64,000 nt of DNA. It comes from a virus. Its lineage: Duplodnaviria > Caudoviricetes. A program made the position numbers and the translations under genes. The notes beneath the pieces are model-generated. The model saw only the letters and a program-made list of their open reading frames with translations. It did not search any database and was not told the origin of the DNA. Below, in pieces: positions 35,921 through 43,788 of the stretch; the stretch's first letter is position 1; the number at the start of each line of letters is the position of its first letter. Where the stretch lies: positions 142,292 to 206,291 of the IMG/VR virus record IMGVR_UViG_3300037507_003370. One strand, written 5' to 3'.

Positions 35921-36236
35921 CTTCTCTGATAATATTCCCTGTTAGTTGTTCAACAATATCAATTGCAGTTTTTAGTTCACTTGTTTCCAGAATTTTAATA
36001 GGAGTTCGTGCAAAATCAAACTTGAATGTTCCAGTAACCATATAGTACGGATCGTCCGTTCCAATACCATCAACATTAAAGTATTCTTCTAAAGAATTTA
36101 CTTCTTCTGGGATGAATCCGCCATTATAGTCACTAATATTTCTAATAGTAAGAATATGATAATGAAGAATATGAGATCGTGGATTACCTTCATTAGAACA
36201 CCATCCCTTAAAATACCTATTTGGATAACTTACCAC
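35898..36236 (-). CDS. Hypothetical protein
   Basis: 112-aa ORF overlapping its neighbours. Confidence 0.55.
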   Translation of the reverse strand: MVSYPNRYFKGWCSNEGNPRSHILHYHILTIRNISDYNGGFIPEEVNSLEEYFNVDGIGTDDPYYMVTGTFKFDFARTPIKILETSELKTAIDIVEQLTGNIIREDEVYNSR

Positions 36237-36633
36237 TTTTCCAATCCCCTTTTAGAAATTCTTCTCTGTTTGAATAGAGAGGTATTAGTCTATCATCCTT
36301 GTCATCAAACCTATTATAGTGCAAAGTTAGGTTGTATAGATCATGTCGGTCATTTATTAAACCATAAGCAACTGGCTTGCTAAAAATAAGATTGATTTTT
36401 TCTTTAAGAGCAACCAATTCTTTTTCACAACTTAGCCAACGATTGTTATCATCAGCGCTATTTTTATTAGCATTGAAAGCATCTTGTGCTAAATCTCTTT
36501 TGGCTTCTCGTAACTTTTCTAATTCATTCCTGGCATTTAATACTGTGAATCTTGTCAAATTCCAACGTCCAGTATTTATTGCTGTTTCACAGCACTGAAT
36601 TAAATAGTCTAGTGGATTAGAATTTTCATTCAT
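36217..36633 (-). CDS. Hypothetical protein
   Basis: 138-aa ORF. Confidence 0.55.
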   Translation of the reverse strand: MNENSNPLDYLIQCCETAINTGRWNLTRFTVLNARNELEKLREAKRDLAQDAFNANKNSADDNNRWLSCEKELVALKEKINLIFSKPVAYGLINDRHDLYNLTLHYNRFDDKDDRLIPLYSNREEFLKGDWKSGKLSK

Positions 36634-36847
36634 TGTGGAATCCTATCTTAAACTTTTCTGGCATAACAACTTCAATAGCATTAGGAGCAAAGTGTTCGGT
36701 ACAATAACTACGTCCGTTCCACCAACCACACTTGTAACTAACAGAATTGTCTCCAAAAATATTTATTTCTTCAATTGTTCCATAAACATCATCGGTCAAC
36801 TTAACCCTACTGCCAATCTTATATAGTTCTAAAACATTTTTGCTCAT
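36626..36847 (-). CDS. Small SH3-like phage protein
   Basis: YKIGSRVKL..GTI..Y.C.WW pattern; AGGA RBS. Confidence 0.55.
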   Translation of the reverse strand: MSKNVLELYKIGSRVKLTDDVYGTIEEINIFGDNSVSYKCGWWNGRSYCTEHFAPNAIEVVMPEKFKIGFHNE

Positions 36848-36880
36848 TGGTTTTCCTTTCGATAATTATCATTCTACAAA

Positions 36881-37150
36881 TAGGAGCGGTGGGAGTCGAA
36901 CCCACACTTGAAGGATTTTCTTACCACTATAACTTTTGTTACCATTTCTGTTTGTGGTCTGGACTTTATCTTAACCATAACTTTCGTTTTAGGTTCCTGC
37001 CGTCAAGTCTCTACACCTTCATATTTCTATGCTTGGCTCGGTATTAGCAGTTAAGCCTTCACCGAATTTGACAGGTTCTACATTAAAAGTTTCCCTTTAT
37101 GCACTCAAATTAGTTCAAGTCCTTTGTCTCTGCCTTTGGACTACACTCCC
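36881..37150 (-). tRNA. tRNA-Leu(UAA), split by a group I intron (exon 1 37150-37117, exon 2 36919-36881)
   Basis: Spliced 73 nt: acceptor GGGAGTG/CGCTCCT, A73, anticodon arm AAGGA-CTTAAAA-TCCTT, T-arm GTGGG-TTCGACT-CCCAC; CCA not encoded. Confidence 0.9.
36920..37116 (-). ncRNA. Group I self-splicing intron (197 nt, no ORF)
   Basis: P AAATTCGGTGAA, Q AATACCGAG, R GTGTAGAGACTTGACG, S AAGATAAAGTCC; U before the 5' splice site pairs with IGS GAGT; terminal G. Confidence 0.9.
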
Positions 37151-37156
37151 ATAATA

Positions 37157-37234
37157 GTGACCGACTACAACAATCAATGATTTGAGGTTGAATACTTTGT
37201 GTGCCTCAACCATTTAAGTATTGTAGCCGATCAC
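37157..37234 (-). ncRNA. Long stem-loop RNA immediately 5' of tRNA-Leu
   Basis: 16-bp stem GTGATCGGCTACAATA/TGTTGTAGTCGGTCAC (with G-U pairs) plus inner TTGAGG/CCTCAA. Confidence 0.55.
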
Positions 37235-37248
37235 CCTTTTGGTTTTAA

Positions 37249-37554
37249 TCAACCGTTCGCATGAGCCTTGAGGCGACGAACAACCTCTGCCATAGCCTCT
37301 ACGTTGTCAACCGTCTTGGTTGGCTTCGCACGTTCCATAGCGGGCAGTTCAATACCCTTCTTGGTCAGAGCGGACTTTGTACGGGCATAACGAGCCATCG
37401 TACTAGCAACCTTCTGACCAGTCTTAGTGGCAATTTCAGCATACGTCTTGCTGGAAAAAACTGCCTCAAGAAACTGTTCATCAGAACAACGAACGCGAGT
37501 CTGCTTATCAACCGTAGTAACTTCAGCCATAATCAACCTCCAAATCATTTCCAA
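37249..37554 (-). CDS. Small putative HTH DNA-binding protein
   Basis: TYAEIATKTGQKVASTMARYAR helix-turn-helix-like segment; own promoter; GGAGG RBS (likely start at 37530). Confidence 0.55.
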   Translation of the reverse strand: MEMIWRLIMAEVTTVDKQTRVRCSDEQFLEAVFSSKTYAEIATKTGQKVASTMARYARTKSALTKKGIELPAMERAKPTKTVDNVEAMAEVVRRLKAHANG

Positions 37555-37564
37555 GTCTTGTCTT

Positions 37565-37594
37565 GCGAGTCAGTCGCATGACTGATACTCTCGC
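37565..37594 (-). promoter_or_regulatory. 5' leader hairpin
   Basis: GCGAG/CTCGC and TCAGTC/GACTGA stems between the promoter and the RBS. Confidence 0.55.
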
Positions 37595-37605
37595 TTGACT
37601 CCTTC

Positions 37606-37633
37606 ATTCTAACATCTCTTATCGGCTTGTCAA
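37606..37633 (-). promoter_or_regulatory. Promoter TTGACA-N16-TAGAAT with CCGATA
   Basis: Read on the minus strand. Confidence 0.8.
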
Positions 37634-38182
37634 CTGGGCGACCTTGAATTTTTTCTCTCTGTCGCCAAATAGTTTCTGAATCTCTTTAAAACTGTACGGA
37701 GTGCCAAATCCAACCCCATCCCTTTTATTATCGACCCCCACATCAAGCGTAAAGCGTCCTAATGATTCATCCTCATTGTGAAGTCTGCCATGAACATGAC
37801 CATACAGCATCCAACTTTTACGATAACTTTTGTTCCATGCTCTCATAGGATAGTGAAATAGAATAATCTTTTGATTACAATGAATTATTTCTTTCATTAG
37901 TCCTATGGAAGAAAAATCTTTTTCACTAAATTTATCTTCGTTGTCGTGGTTGCCAAGAATCAAATGAATATCTTCACAAATTATTTGTTTTCGGTATTTC
38001 TTAGGATCACCACCTCTATGACAAAAATCTCCAAGAAAGTATAATGTATCACTTGGCTTAACAACACTATTGATATTATCAATAATGGTCTTATTCATTT
38101 CGTGAGTATCAGTGAATGGTCTTTTGCAATACCCCACAATATTCTTGTGTCCAAAGTGGGTATCAGAAATAAAATAAATCAT
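37619..38182 (-). CDS. Calcineurin-like metallophosphoesterase
   Basis: SDTHFGH, LGDF, GNHD, FHYP, GHVH. Confidence 0.9.
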   Translation of the reverse strand: MIYFISDTHFGHKNIVGYCKRPFTDTHEMNKTIIDNINSVVKPSDTLYFLGDFCHRGGDPKKYRKQIICEDIHLILGNHDNEDKFSEKDFSSIGLMKEIIHCNQKIILFHYPMRAWNKSYRKSWMLYGHVHGRLHNEDESLGRFTLDVGVDNKRDGVGFGTPYSFKEIQKLFGDREKKFKVAQLTSR

Positions 38183-38361
38183 TATTCGTCAATAGGTAGA
38201 ACTATTCCAAGTAGAAGATAAATCCAGAACAATAAACTTCCAGTAAATATAGTTCCTAAAATAAAAACAATTCTTATTAATGGAGAATCTATACCAAGAG
38301 TTTTTGCTATTCCGCCACAGACTCCAAAAAGAACCCTATCATTTTTGCTTTTTTTAAACAT
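38182..38361 (-). CDS. PspC-domain protein (59 aa, below the ORF-track cutoff)
   Basis: Translated by hand: MFKKSKNDRVLFGVCGGIAKTLGIDSPLIRIVFILGTIFTGSLLFWIYLLLGIVLPIDE. Confidence 0.85.
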   Translation of the reverse strand: MFKKSKNDRVLFGVCGGIAKTLGIDSPLIRIVFILGTIFTGSLLFWIYLLLGIVLPIDE

Positions 38362-38386
38362 AGTTAAGCCTTTTTGTATTTAGGTT

Positions 38387-38581
38387 TTATATTTTTTCAA
38401 TACCTTCTAATAATTCTATATCATATTTCGTATTCTCTGGATACATATTAGAAAGAAGATCTTTTAAATTTTGATTCTCTAACTCAAGAATAGAAATAAT
38501 TTTTTTAGACTGTTCTAGTGCTTGGTGAAGATGGTATACTTTATTTGCCAACTCATCAGCGATATATGGCGATACTTTCAT
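38387..38581 (-). CDS. Small coiled-coil protein
   Basis: 64-aa ORF, GGAG RBS. Confidence 0.5.
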   Translation of the reverse strand: MKVSPYIADELANKVYHLHQALEQSKKIISILELENQNLKDLLSNMYPENTKYDIELLEGIEKI

Positions 38582-38627
38582 GATATTTCTCCATATAGTA
38601 ACTATTTTAGAGACTATATATCATACA

Positions 38628-38897
38628 CTAAAGTATATCTTGTATAAAATCTTTTAGATCACGAAGATTAGACTTGTCTAAGACCATCTGATCTTCATAA
38701 GTCTTATTATTCCACAATAAATCCCATATAATTTTTAATTTTTTTGTCAATGACAATTTATTTATATGGCTATTATAGTAACTATATATAGATAACTCAG
38801 CTAATTGCTCTTTTTCGTAGTAATTAAGTGTTAAAACTTCACTAGTGCAATTACACAGCAAGAATATAATCTTATTAGTATCAAATTTTGTTATCAT
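38628..38897 (-). CDS. Hypothetical protein
   Basis: 89-aa ORF, ATGA overlap. Confidence 0.5.
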   Translation of the reverse strand: MITKFDTNKIIFLLCNCTSEVLTLNYYEKEQLAELSIYSYYNSHINKLSLTKKLKIIWDLLWNNKTYEDQMVLDKSNLRDLKDFIQDIL

Positions 38898-39442
38898 GAA
38901 GATCTTTGTATTACTAGAACAATATCATCCCATCGACCCTTAATTGATCTTAAATCATATAATGTAGTATCACTTGGTATGGATTTATCTATATGATTTT
39001 TTATATCTTCTACCCAAGAAATATCTTGTATATCTTCCAATATGAGATATCCATTGTCTTTTACTTTGCTGAGATATTTAGAAACAAAAACTCTCATACT
39101 CTCTAAAGTATGAGGACCGTCATCTATAATTACATCGTAAAATTTATCTTCTATAGAATAGATGAATTTTTCAGAGTAGGCGTCGTCACAAAAGGTTTTT
39201 ATCCTATCATTTAGAGAATGTGAAGATAGATCTATATTAGATATGTCTACTCCATGAACAGATGCCGTAGAAAAGTATTCCTGCCATAGCAAAATACTTC
39301 CTCCGTAATATATACCAATTTCTAATATTGCTGTGGCTGAATCCTTTAGTTTAAGAAATAAATCTTCATAAACGTAATCTATATAACAATGGTCTGTATT
39401 TTTATCAGTATTATGTTTTTTTACTATTTCTCTTAGAGTCAT
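38894..39442 (-). CDS. Class I SAM-dependent methyltransferase (glycan O-methyltransferase-like)
   Basis: ILEIGIYYGGS, GVDI, DVIIDDGPH, YLILED. Confidence 0.85.
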   Translation of the reverse strand: MTLREIVKKHNTDKNTDHCYIDYVYEDLFLKLKDSATAILEIGIYYGGSILLWQEYFSTASVHGVDISNIDLSSHSLNDRIKTFCDDAYSEKFIYSIEDKFYDVIIDDGPHTLESMRVFVSKYLSKVKDNGYLILEDIQDISWVEDIKNHIDKSIPSDTTLYDLRSIKGRWDDIVLVIQRSS

Positions 39443-39536
39443 TTTTTTTCCTAAATATTTTTTGCCAGTTTTGATCCCATACTTTATAAGTTACACTTTT
39501 TGGCCTTGGTTTACTTCCTTTTCCATTTTGGCTCAT
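39411..39536 (-). CDS. Small basic phage protein (41 aa, not in the ORF track)
   Basis: MSQNGKGSKPRPKSVTYKVWDQNWQKIFR...; GKGSKPRP..NW..IF pattern recurrent in phages. Confidence 0.6.
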   Translation of the reverse strand: MSQNGKGSKPRPKSVTYKVWDQNWQKIFRKKNDSKRNSKKT

Positions 39537-40156
39537 ATTAATTTACCAGACTTTTTTAAATTATCAATAGCCCACAATGGCTGTAAGTTACTATAATGAA
39601 AACATAACTTTTGTTGTTCTATATCGGTTAAGTCAAAAGAGCAACAAGGTTTTATATGATCTATATGCCATTGTCCATAATTATCCCAAGTCATACCATC
39701 TGCAAATAACCTCTCTAAATATAGTTTCAAATGTTCCCAAGAGCAACCTGTTAAGTTATAAGAGGTACTATTTTTTGAACCTCTAGACAAAGCCATTCTA
39801 ATACGATTACTAATAATAGTTCTTAGTCTAAAATTAACATTGTTTTTTCTTTTTTGTTGCCTGTATTTATTAATTTTATCTCGATATTTTTCTCTATATT
39901 TTTTAGCATTTATAGCAACTTTATCTGGATTCTCTTGTCCCCATTTTTTTCTACTTGCATTTAAATTTTCTTTATGTTTAGATCTGTATTCTTGTTGTTG
40001 TTTTTTTATTTTCTTTTTATTCTTTTGTCTTCTTATAGAATTGTATTCTTTATGACAAGTTTTACAATATGGTGATTTACCATCTTTTGATGCCGTTTGA
40101 TTATGAAAATTTATTAATTCTTGTTTTTTATTACATTTTACACATTGTTTTTTCAT
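39533..40156 (-). CDS. HNH homing-type endonuclease with N-terminal Zn finger
   Basis: Start MKKQCVKC; CKTC; WHIDHIKPC..HYSNLQPLWAIDNLKK. Confidence 0.85.
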   Translation of the reverse strand: MKKQCVKCNKKQELINFHNQTASKDGKSPYCKTCHKEYNSIRRQKNKKKIKKQQQEYRSKHKENLNASRKKWGQENPDKVAINAKKYREKYRDKINKYRQQKRKNNVNFRLRTIISNRIRMALSRGSKNSTSYNLTGCSWEHLKLYLERLFADGMTWDNYGQWHIDHIKPCCSFDLTDIEQQKLCFHYSNLQPLWAIDNLKKSGKLI

Positions 40157-40199
40157 GGTATATATCTCTCTTCGCTTATTGTATACACCAAAACTAGAA

Positions 40200-40913
40200 T
40201 CAATTTTCAAAAACATATGACCAATAACGAGAATCTGTCTTATTCTGTTTTGCGTCCCAAAAAATAGATCGTGCAATGTATGCTGGGACGCCAATTTTAC
40301 CACAATTAACACTCCAGTGTCTTTCCATTTTTTTATATAGATCAAGACCCTTTTTGGATTGGTATGTCAATGTTTTCATGCCATAAAGTTCAAGCATATG
40401 AGTATCACCACAAAAGACTCTACATTCATTAGGATGAGATTGTTCAAGAGCGAAAGAAACCTTAGCAGTTCCGAGTCCAGAAATATTATTGACAATCTGA
40501 TCTCTTTTCTTAACATGGTACTTCTTAGTTGTAAGATAAAACTCTTTGGGATTTGCCCAGAATTTATCCTTAAAACCCCAAATGAACTTTGTGCGGTTAT
40601 TGTAAAGTCCACATCCACTATTCTTGATCTTTTCTCTTAAAAGTTCTTTATCATCTAGCCATTCACTAAAATTCTTAATAGCGTTATATCCGGCAACATT
40701 AGATTTCCAAGTAGTATGGACGCTCATGTAGGCAAAAAGATATCTACGAAAAATTTCATCATCACTATTTGGTCGAATACTTTCCCAATATTCCTTATAA
40801 CTAACTACCTTATCTTTGGGAAAGTTCTTAAAAAAATCGTCAGCCTTGCTAGTATCCATAGCAATATCTTGAACAGGAATAACAGAGTTCTCAACGATCA
40901 TGGGTTTCTCCAA
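40200..40913 (-). CDS. HhH-GPD superfamily DNA glycosylase-like protein
   Basis: GCGLYNNR, HhH ISGLGTAKVSF, then CGDTHM (Asp). Confidence 0.65.
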   Translation of the reverse strand: MEKPMIVENSVIPVQDIAMDTSKADDFFKNFPKDKVVSYKEYWESIRPNSDDEIFRRYLFAYMSVHTTWKSNVAGYNAIKNFSEWLDDKELLREKIKNSGCGLYNNRTKFIWGFKDKFWANPKEFYLTTKKYHVKKRDQIVNNISGLGTAKVSFALEQSHPNECRVFCGDTHMLELYGMKTLTYQSKKGLDLYKKMERHWSVNCGKIGVPAYIARSIFWDAKQNKTDSRYWSYVFEN

Positions 40914-40937
40914 AAGTGTTTCAAGCGTTATGCTAAC

Positions 40938-40966
40938 ATTCTACACTAGCGTTATCGTCTTGTCAA
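40938..40966 (-). promoter_or_regulatory. Promoter TTGACA-N17-TAGAAT with ACGATA
   Basis: Upstream of the glycosylase gene. Confidence 0.8.
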
Positions 40967-40976
40967 GCACGATTCT

Positions 40977-42293
40977 TTAAATCGTTCTAGCAGACCCGTG
41001 TAAAACTTTAAAAGTTGGGAAACGAAGACTTAATCCTCCATCTTGGTTCTTAGTCTCTTCAAAATACTGTACGGTTATTTGCTTACCAAGAATCTTCTTA
41101 GGATTCTTATAGAACTCCTGACGCTGCTCAATACTAAAACCGCTACCAACTCGTACAGTATAATCCTTATGGTTAATCATAACACAAGAAAGCATAGTCT
41201 CCTCATGCTCTGCACCATCTTTAACATAACGAAATGGCCCCATCTCAGTATCAACTACCTCATATTCATCATCAAAAAATTTCTTAACTTTGAGTAGGTC
41301 TTTGCTTCGTTTGCCTTTATACGGTTCGTCAGCACGAAGCATGACTCCTTCCCATTTGTAATCAGTAGCATAGTCTGTCCATTGCAGAAAATCATCATCG
41401 TTTTCAATTTTACATTGTGCCAATACACTAAGACAAGTACAAGTATTATCTCTCATAACTTCTCGCAGATTATTGTAACGAATAGAATAGGGACGATTCT
41501 TTTCACCCTTCTTGCTATAAAATTCATCGTGCGTAATCATATCAAAAATCTTGTATGACGGATTAGGAATAGTGTGATCCTTCTTTTTCAGTTGCTTCAT
41601 AACTCCCTGAAAATCCTCATTACCATCCTCGTCAACCAAACAAAGTTCACCATCAAATACAACATTAGTAATTCCCAATGCCTTGATTCCACCAGCAACA
41701 ATATCAAGGGTATCAAAAGATTTTCCGGTTCGTGAGAAGAAAGAAGCATCGCCATTTTCATCAACAATAGCGATACATCTGGCCCCGTCGATTTTACGAC
41801 TAACATACCAACCGTCCTTCCAACTTACCAGTTTAGGCTCATACTTATCTGCCAGAGCAACACTAAACTCTGGAATATGGTCAGGAATAGCCTTGTTGAT
41901 AATCTTATCGCCAGCACGGGTTTTCAAGTCCTTATCAATAATACAATGAATGAGTTCTTCAATGTTGTTTTTATTTGACTGACTATCAATAAAAGTATGG
42001 ACTGCTCCGATAGCATCGTGACCAGTAATTTTGCGACTCTTTAGGTCATCTAGCAGACCAAAGAAATTCTTATAAGACTTTCCCCTCAAAGAGTTTTTCT
42101 TCTTGAGATTATCACTTGTGACATTATATTGCCAAAGAGGATGGTAGGTATAGAGTAGAATTTTCTTAGCAAAACTTGCAGCCTCAGAATTATGATTACA
42201 ATAATCCTCAATAATCCCTTGCTTATCAATAGTGCTGCTAGTCGCCCTAAGATCACGAACCATATACCAAACATAATTAAAATCGTGAATCAT
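40977..42293 (-). CDS. ATP-dependent DNA ligase
   Basis: Motif I RKIDG, FDGEL, KIFD, EGVML, LLKVK, GSGF, LRFP. Confidence 0.93.
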   Translation of the reverse strand: MIHDFNYVWYMVRDLRATSSTIDKQGIIEDYCNHNSEAASFAKKILLYTYHPLWQYNVTSDNLKKKNSLRGKSYKNFFGLLDDLKSRKITGHDAIGAVHTFIDSQSNKNNIEELIHCIIDKDLKTRAGDKIINKAIPDHIPEFSVALADKYEPKLVSWKDGWYVSRKIDGARCIAIVDENGDASFFSRTGKSFDTLDIVAGGIKALGITNVVFDGELCLVDEDGNEDFQGVMKQLKKKDHTIPNPSYKIFDMITHDEFYSKKGEKNRPYSIRYNNLREVMRDNTCTCLSVLAQCKIENDDDFLQWTDYATDYKWEGVMLRADEPYKGKRSKDLLKVKKFFDDEYEVVDTEMGPFRYVKDGAEHEETMLSCVMINHKDYTVRVGSGFSIEQRQEFYKNPKKILGKQITVQYFEETKNQDGGLSLRFPTFKVLHGSARTI

Positions 42294-42318
42294 CCAAATA
42301 GTCTCCTGTGTTTAGCGT

Positions 42319-42347
42319 ATTCTACCATACGCCAATCCTATTGTCAA
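42319..42347 (-). promoter_or_regulatory. Promoter TTGACA-N17-TAGAAT (CGATA just upstream of the -35)
   Basis: Upstream of the ligase; leader contains CACAGGAG. Confidence 0.8.
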
Positions 42348-42382
42348 GTATCGACACATGCGTAGTTTTTCTTTAAGCGTTC

Positions 42383-43111
42383 TTACTTATGTTTCCAAAT
42401 CGAAATATCATTATACTCATTTTTATGAAATCTAGTATTTATATGAATACCATAGTCAATATTATCTTTAAAATATTTAAATAATACATAATTAAAAATT
42501 GGCATATCTAAAGATATTTCTATATTTTTTGAAACTTGAGAATGATATTGTGTTAATTGTTCTAATAATCTAATACATATGTTATAGTCTCCACCAACTA
42601 TACCTGCATTTAGTAAAGTATGATCTCTATATTGATTTAATACTTCATCAAAATCTGATATGGTTATATATTTAAATTTTTTTTTCATATAAGTAGATAA
42701 AAGTTTGTCTTTATATTCACTACCACAATATAAAGTATTATTTTTTATATCATAGTTTTTTAACATAAGCACGTCGGTACTATCAACCATAAATAAATTT
42801 GAAAATTTATGTTTTTTTAAATACTTATAATAAACAAACCATCTATATGTTGTTGGAGTATATTCTTCATTGTTTTCAATTCTTACCCATAAACAACCAT
42901 CTATATTCGGAATATTATCAAAACAATCATGGAATACAACAATATTAGATCCATTTTTTAGAACACTATCAATTAGTGGAAGTATTAGAGTATAATCATT
43001 TTTCCAAAAATCTATCCTTTGATCATCTCTAACAACATGTTTTCTATAATCATTAAGCAATAAAGGATCAGGCGTTGAACAGAAATATGATGCTAAAACT
43101 GTATTTATCAT
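42383..43111 (-). CDS. Glycosyltransferase-like protein
   Basis: MVDSTDV, LLNAGIVGG, DMPIFN. Confidence 0.55.
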   Translation of the reverse strand: MINTVLASYFCSTPDPLLLNDYRKHVVRDDQRIDFWKNDYTLILPLIDSVLKNGSNIVVFHDCFDNIPNIDGCLWVRIENNEEYTPTTYRWFVYYKYLKKHKFSNLFMVDSTDVLMLKNYDIKNNTLYCGSEYKDKLLSTYMKKKFKYITISDFDEVLNQYRDHTLLNAGIVGGDYNICIRLLEQLTQYHSQVSKNIEISLDMPIFNYVLFKYFKDNIDYGIHINTRFHKNEYNDISIWKHK

Positions 43112-43785
43112 GGGATATGTAATATGTCTTCGGTTGTTCCGTTAAGTGTTTGAAAAATACTACAATTATCGTCAATTAAAATTTTAGGGTACCATTTATA
43201 AAAATTTTGTTTAACAATTTTTTGTTCAGAGTAATCTTCGACCTTTACAAAAGATAGGCACTCGCTATAAAATTTAAGCATTGATTCTTTTTTGCCGATA
43301 CACGCTCCAGCATTTAAATAACAAAAGGGTTCACGAAACCATTTTTTTTCATCGCTATAATCTTTAGGCCAACAATTTATTTCGGCATTAAACAGAATAT
43401 CACAATTTTTCAATAAAAACTTTTCTATAATTTCGCCCAAACAAAAAACAACAACATCTGAGGAATCCATACTGAGAACATAATCGGTCTGATTCGACTT
43501 TAAGTAATCTATTATTAGTGATATTTTGTGAATATTATTCCATTTTTTTATATCGGCTCCCATAACTGTGCATCTATTTTGAATTGAGTTCTCTAAACTC
43601 CCGACATCTTTATTGCAGTGTGATGATCCATTATTAAATGTGACTATTTGTAGATTATGAGGTATAAAAACATCGTTGTTACATAAATCTTTAATTCTTT
43701 GCCACAAAGGGGATTTTTGTGGTATTCCATGAGCATGAAAAATAGTTGGATTTGTATTATAGATTAGATTACAAAATTGTTTCAT
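43108..43785 (-). CDS. PLOD/LH3-glycosyltransferase-domain-like protein
   Basis: KI, LSMDSSDV, LFNAEINCWP, YLNAGACIG, SEQ, ILIDDNCSIFQTL. Confidence 0.7.
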   Translation of the reverse strand: MKQFCNLIYNTNPTIFHAHGIPQKSPLWQRIKDLCNNDVFIPHNLQIVTFNNGSSHCNKDVGSLENSIQNRCTVMGADIKKWNNIHKISLIIDYLKSNQTDYVLSMDSSDVVVFCLGEIIEKFLLKNCDILFNAEINCWPKDYSDEKKWFREPFCYLNAGACIGKKESMLKFYSECLSFVKVEDYSEQKIVKQNFYKWYPKILIDDNCSIFQTLNGTTEDILHIP

Positions 43786-43788
43786 AAA

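Noticed and set aside
36847-37047. Plus-strand 66-aa ORF that might be an intron-encoded protein
   Set aside because: It is antisense to the tRNA and intron, has no nuclease motif, and the 197-nt intron is fully occupied by core structure.
36920-37116. Alternative reading as tRNA-Ser(UGA), since exon 1 continues CTTGA
   Set aside because: Group I rules (U before the 5' splice site paired to the IGS G; terminal G) give CTT|AAAA, i.e. UAA.
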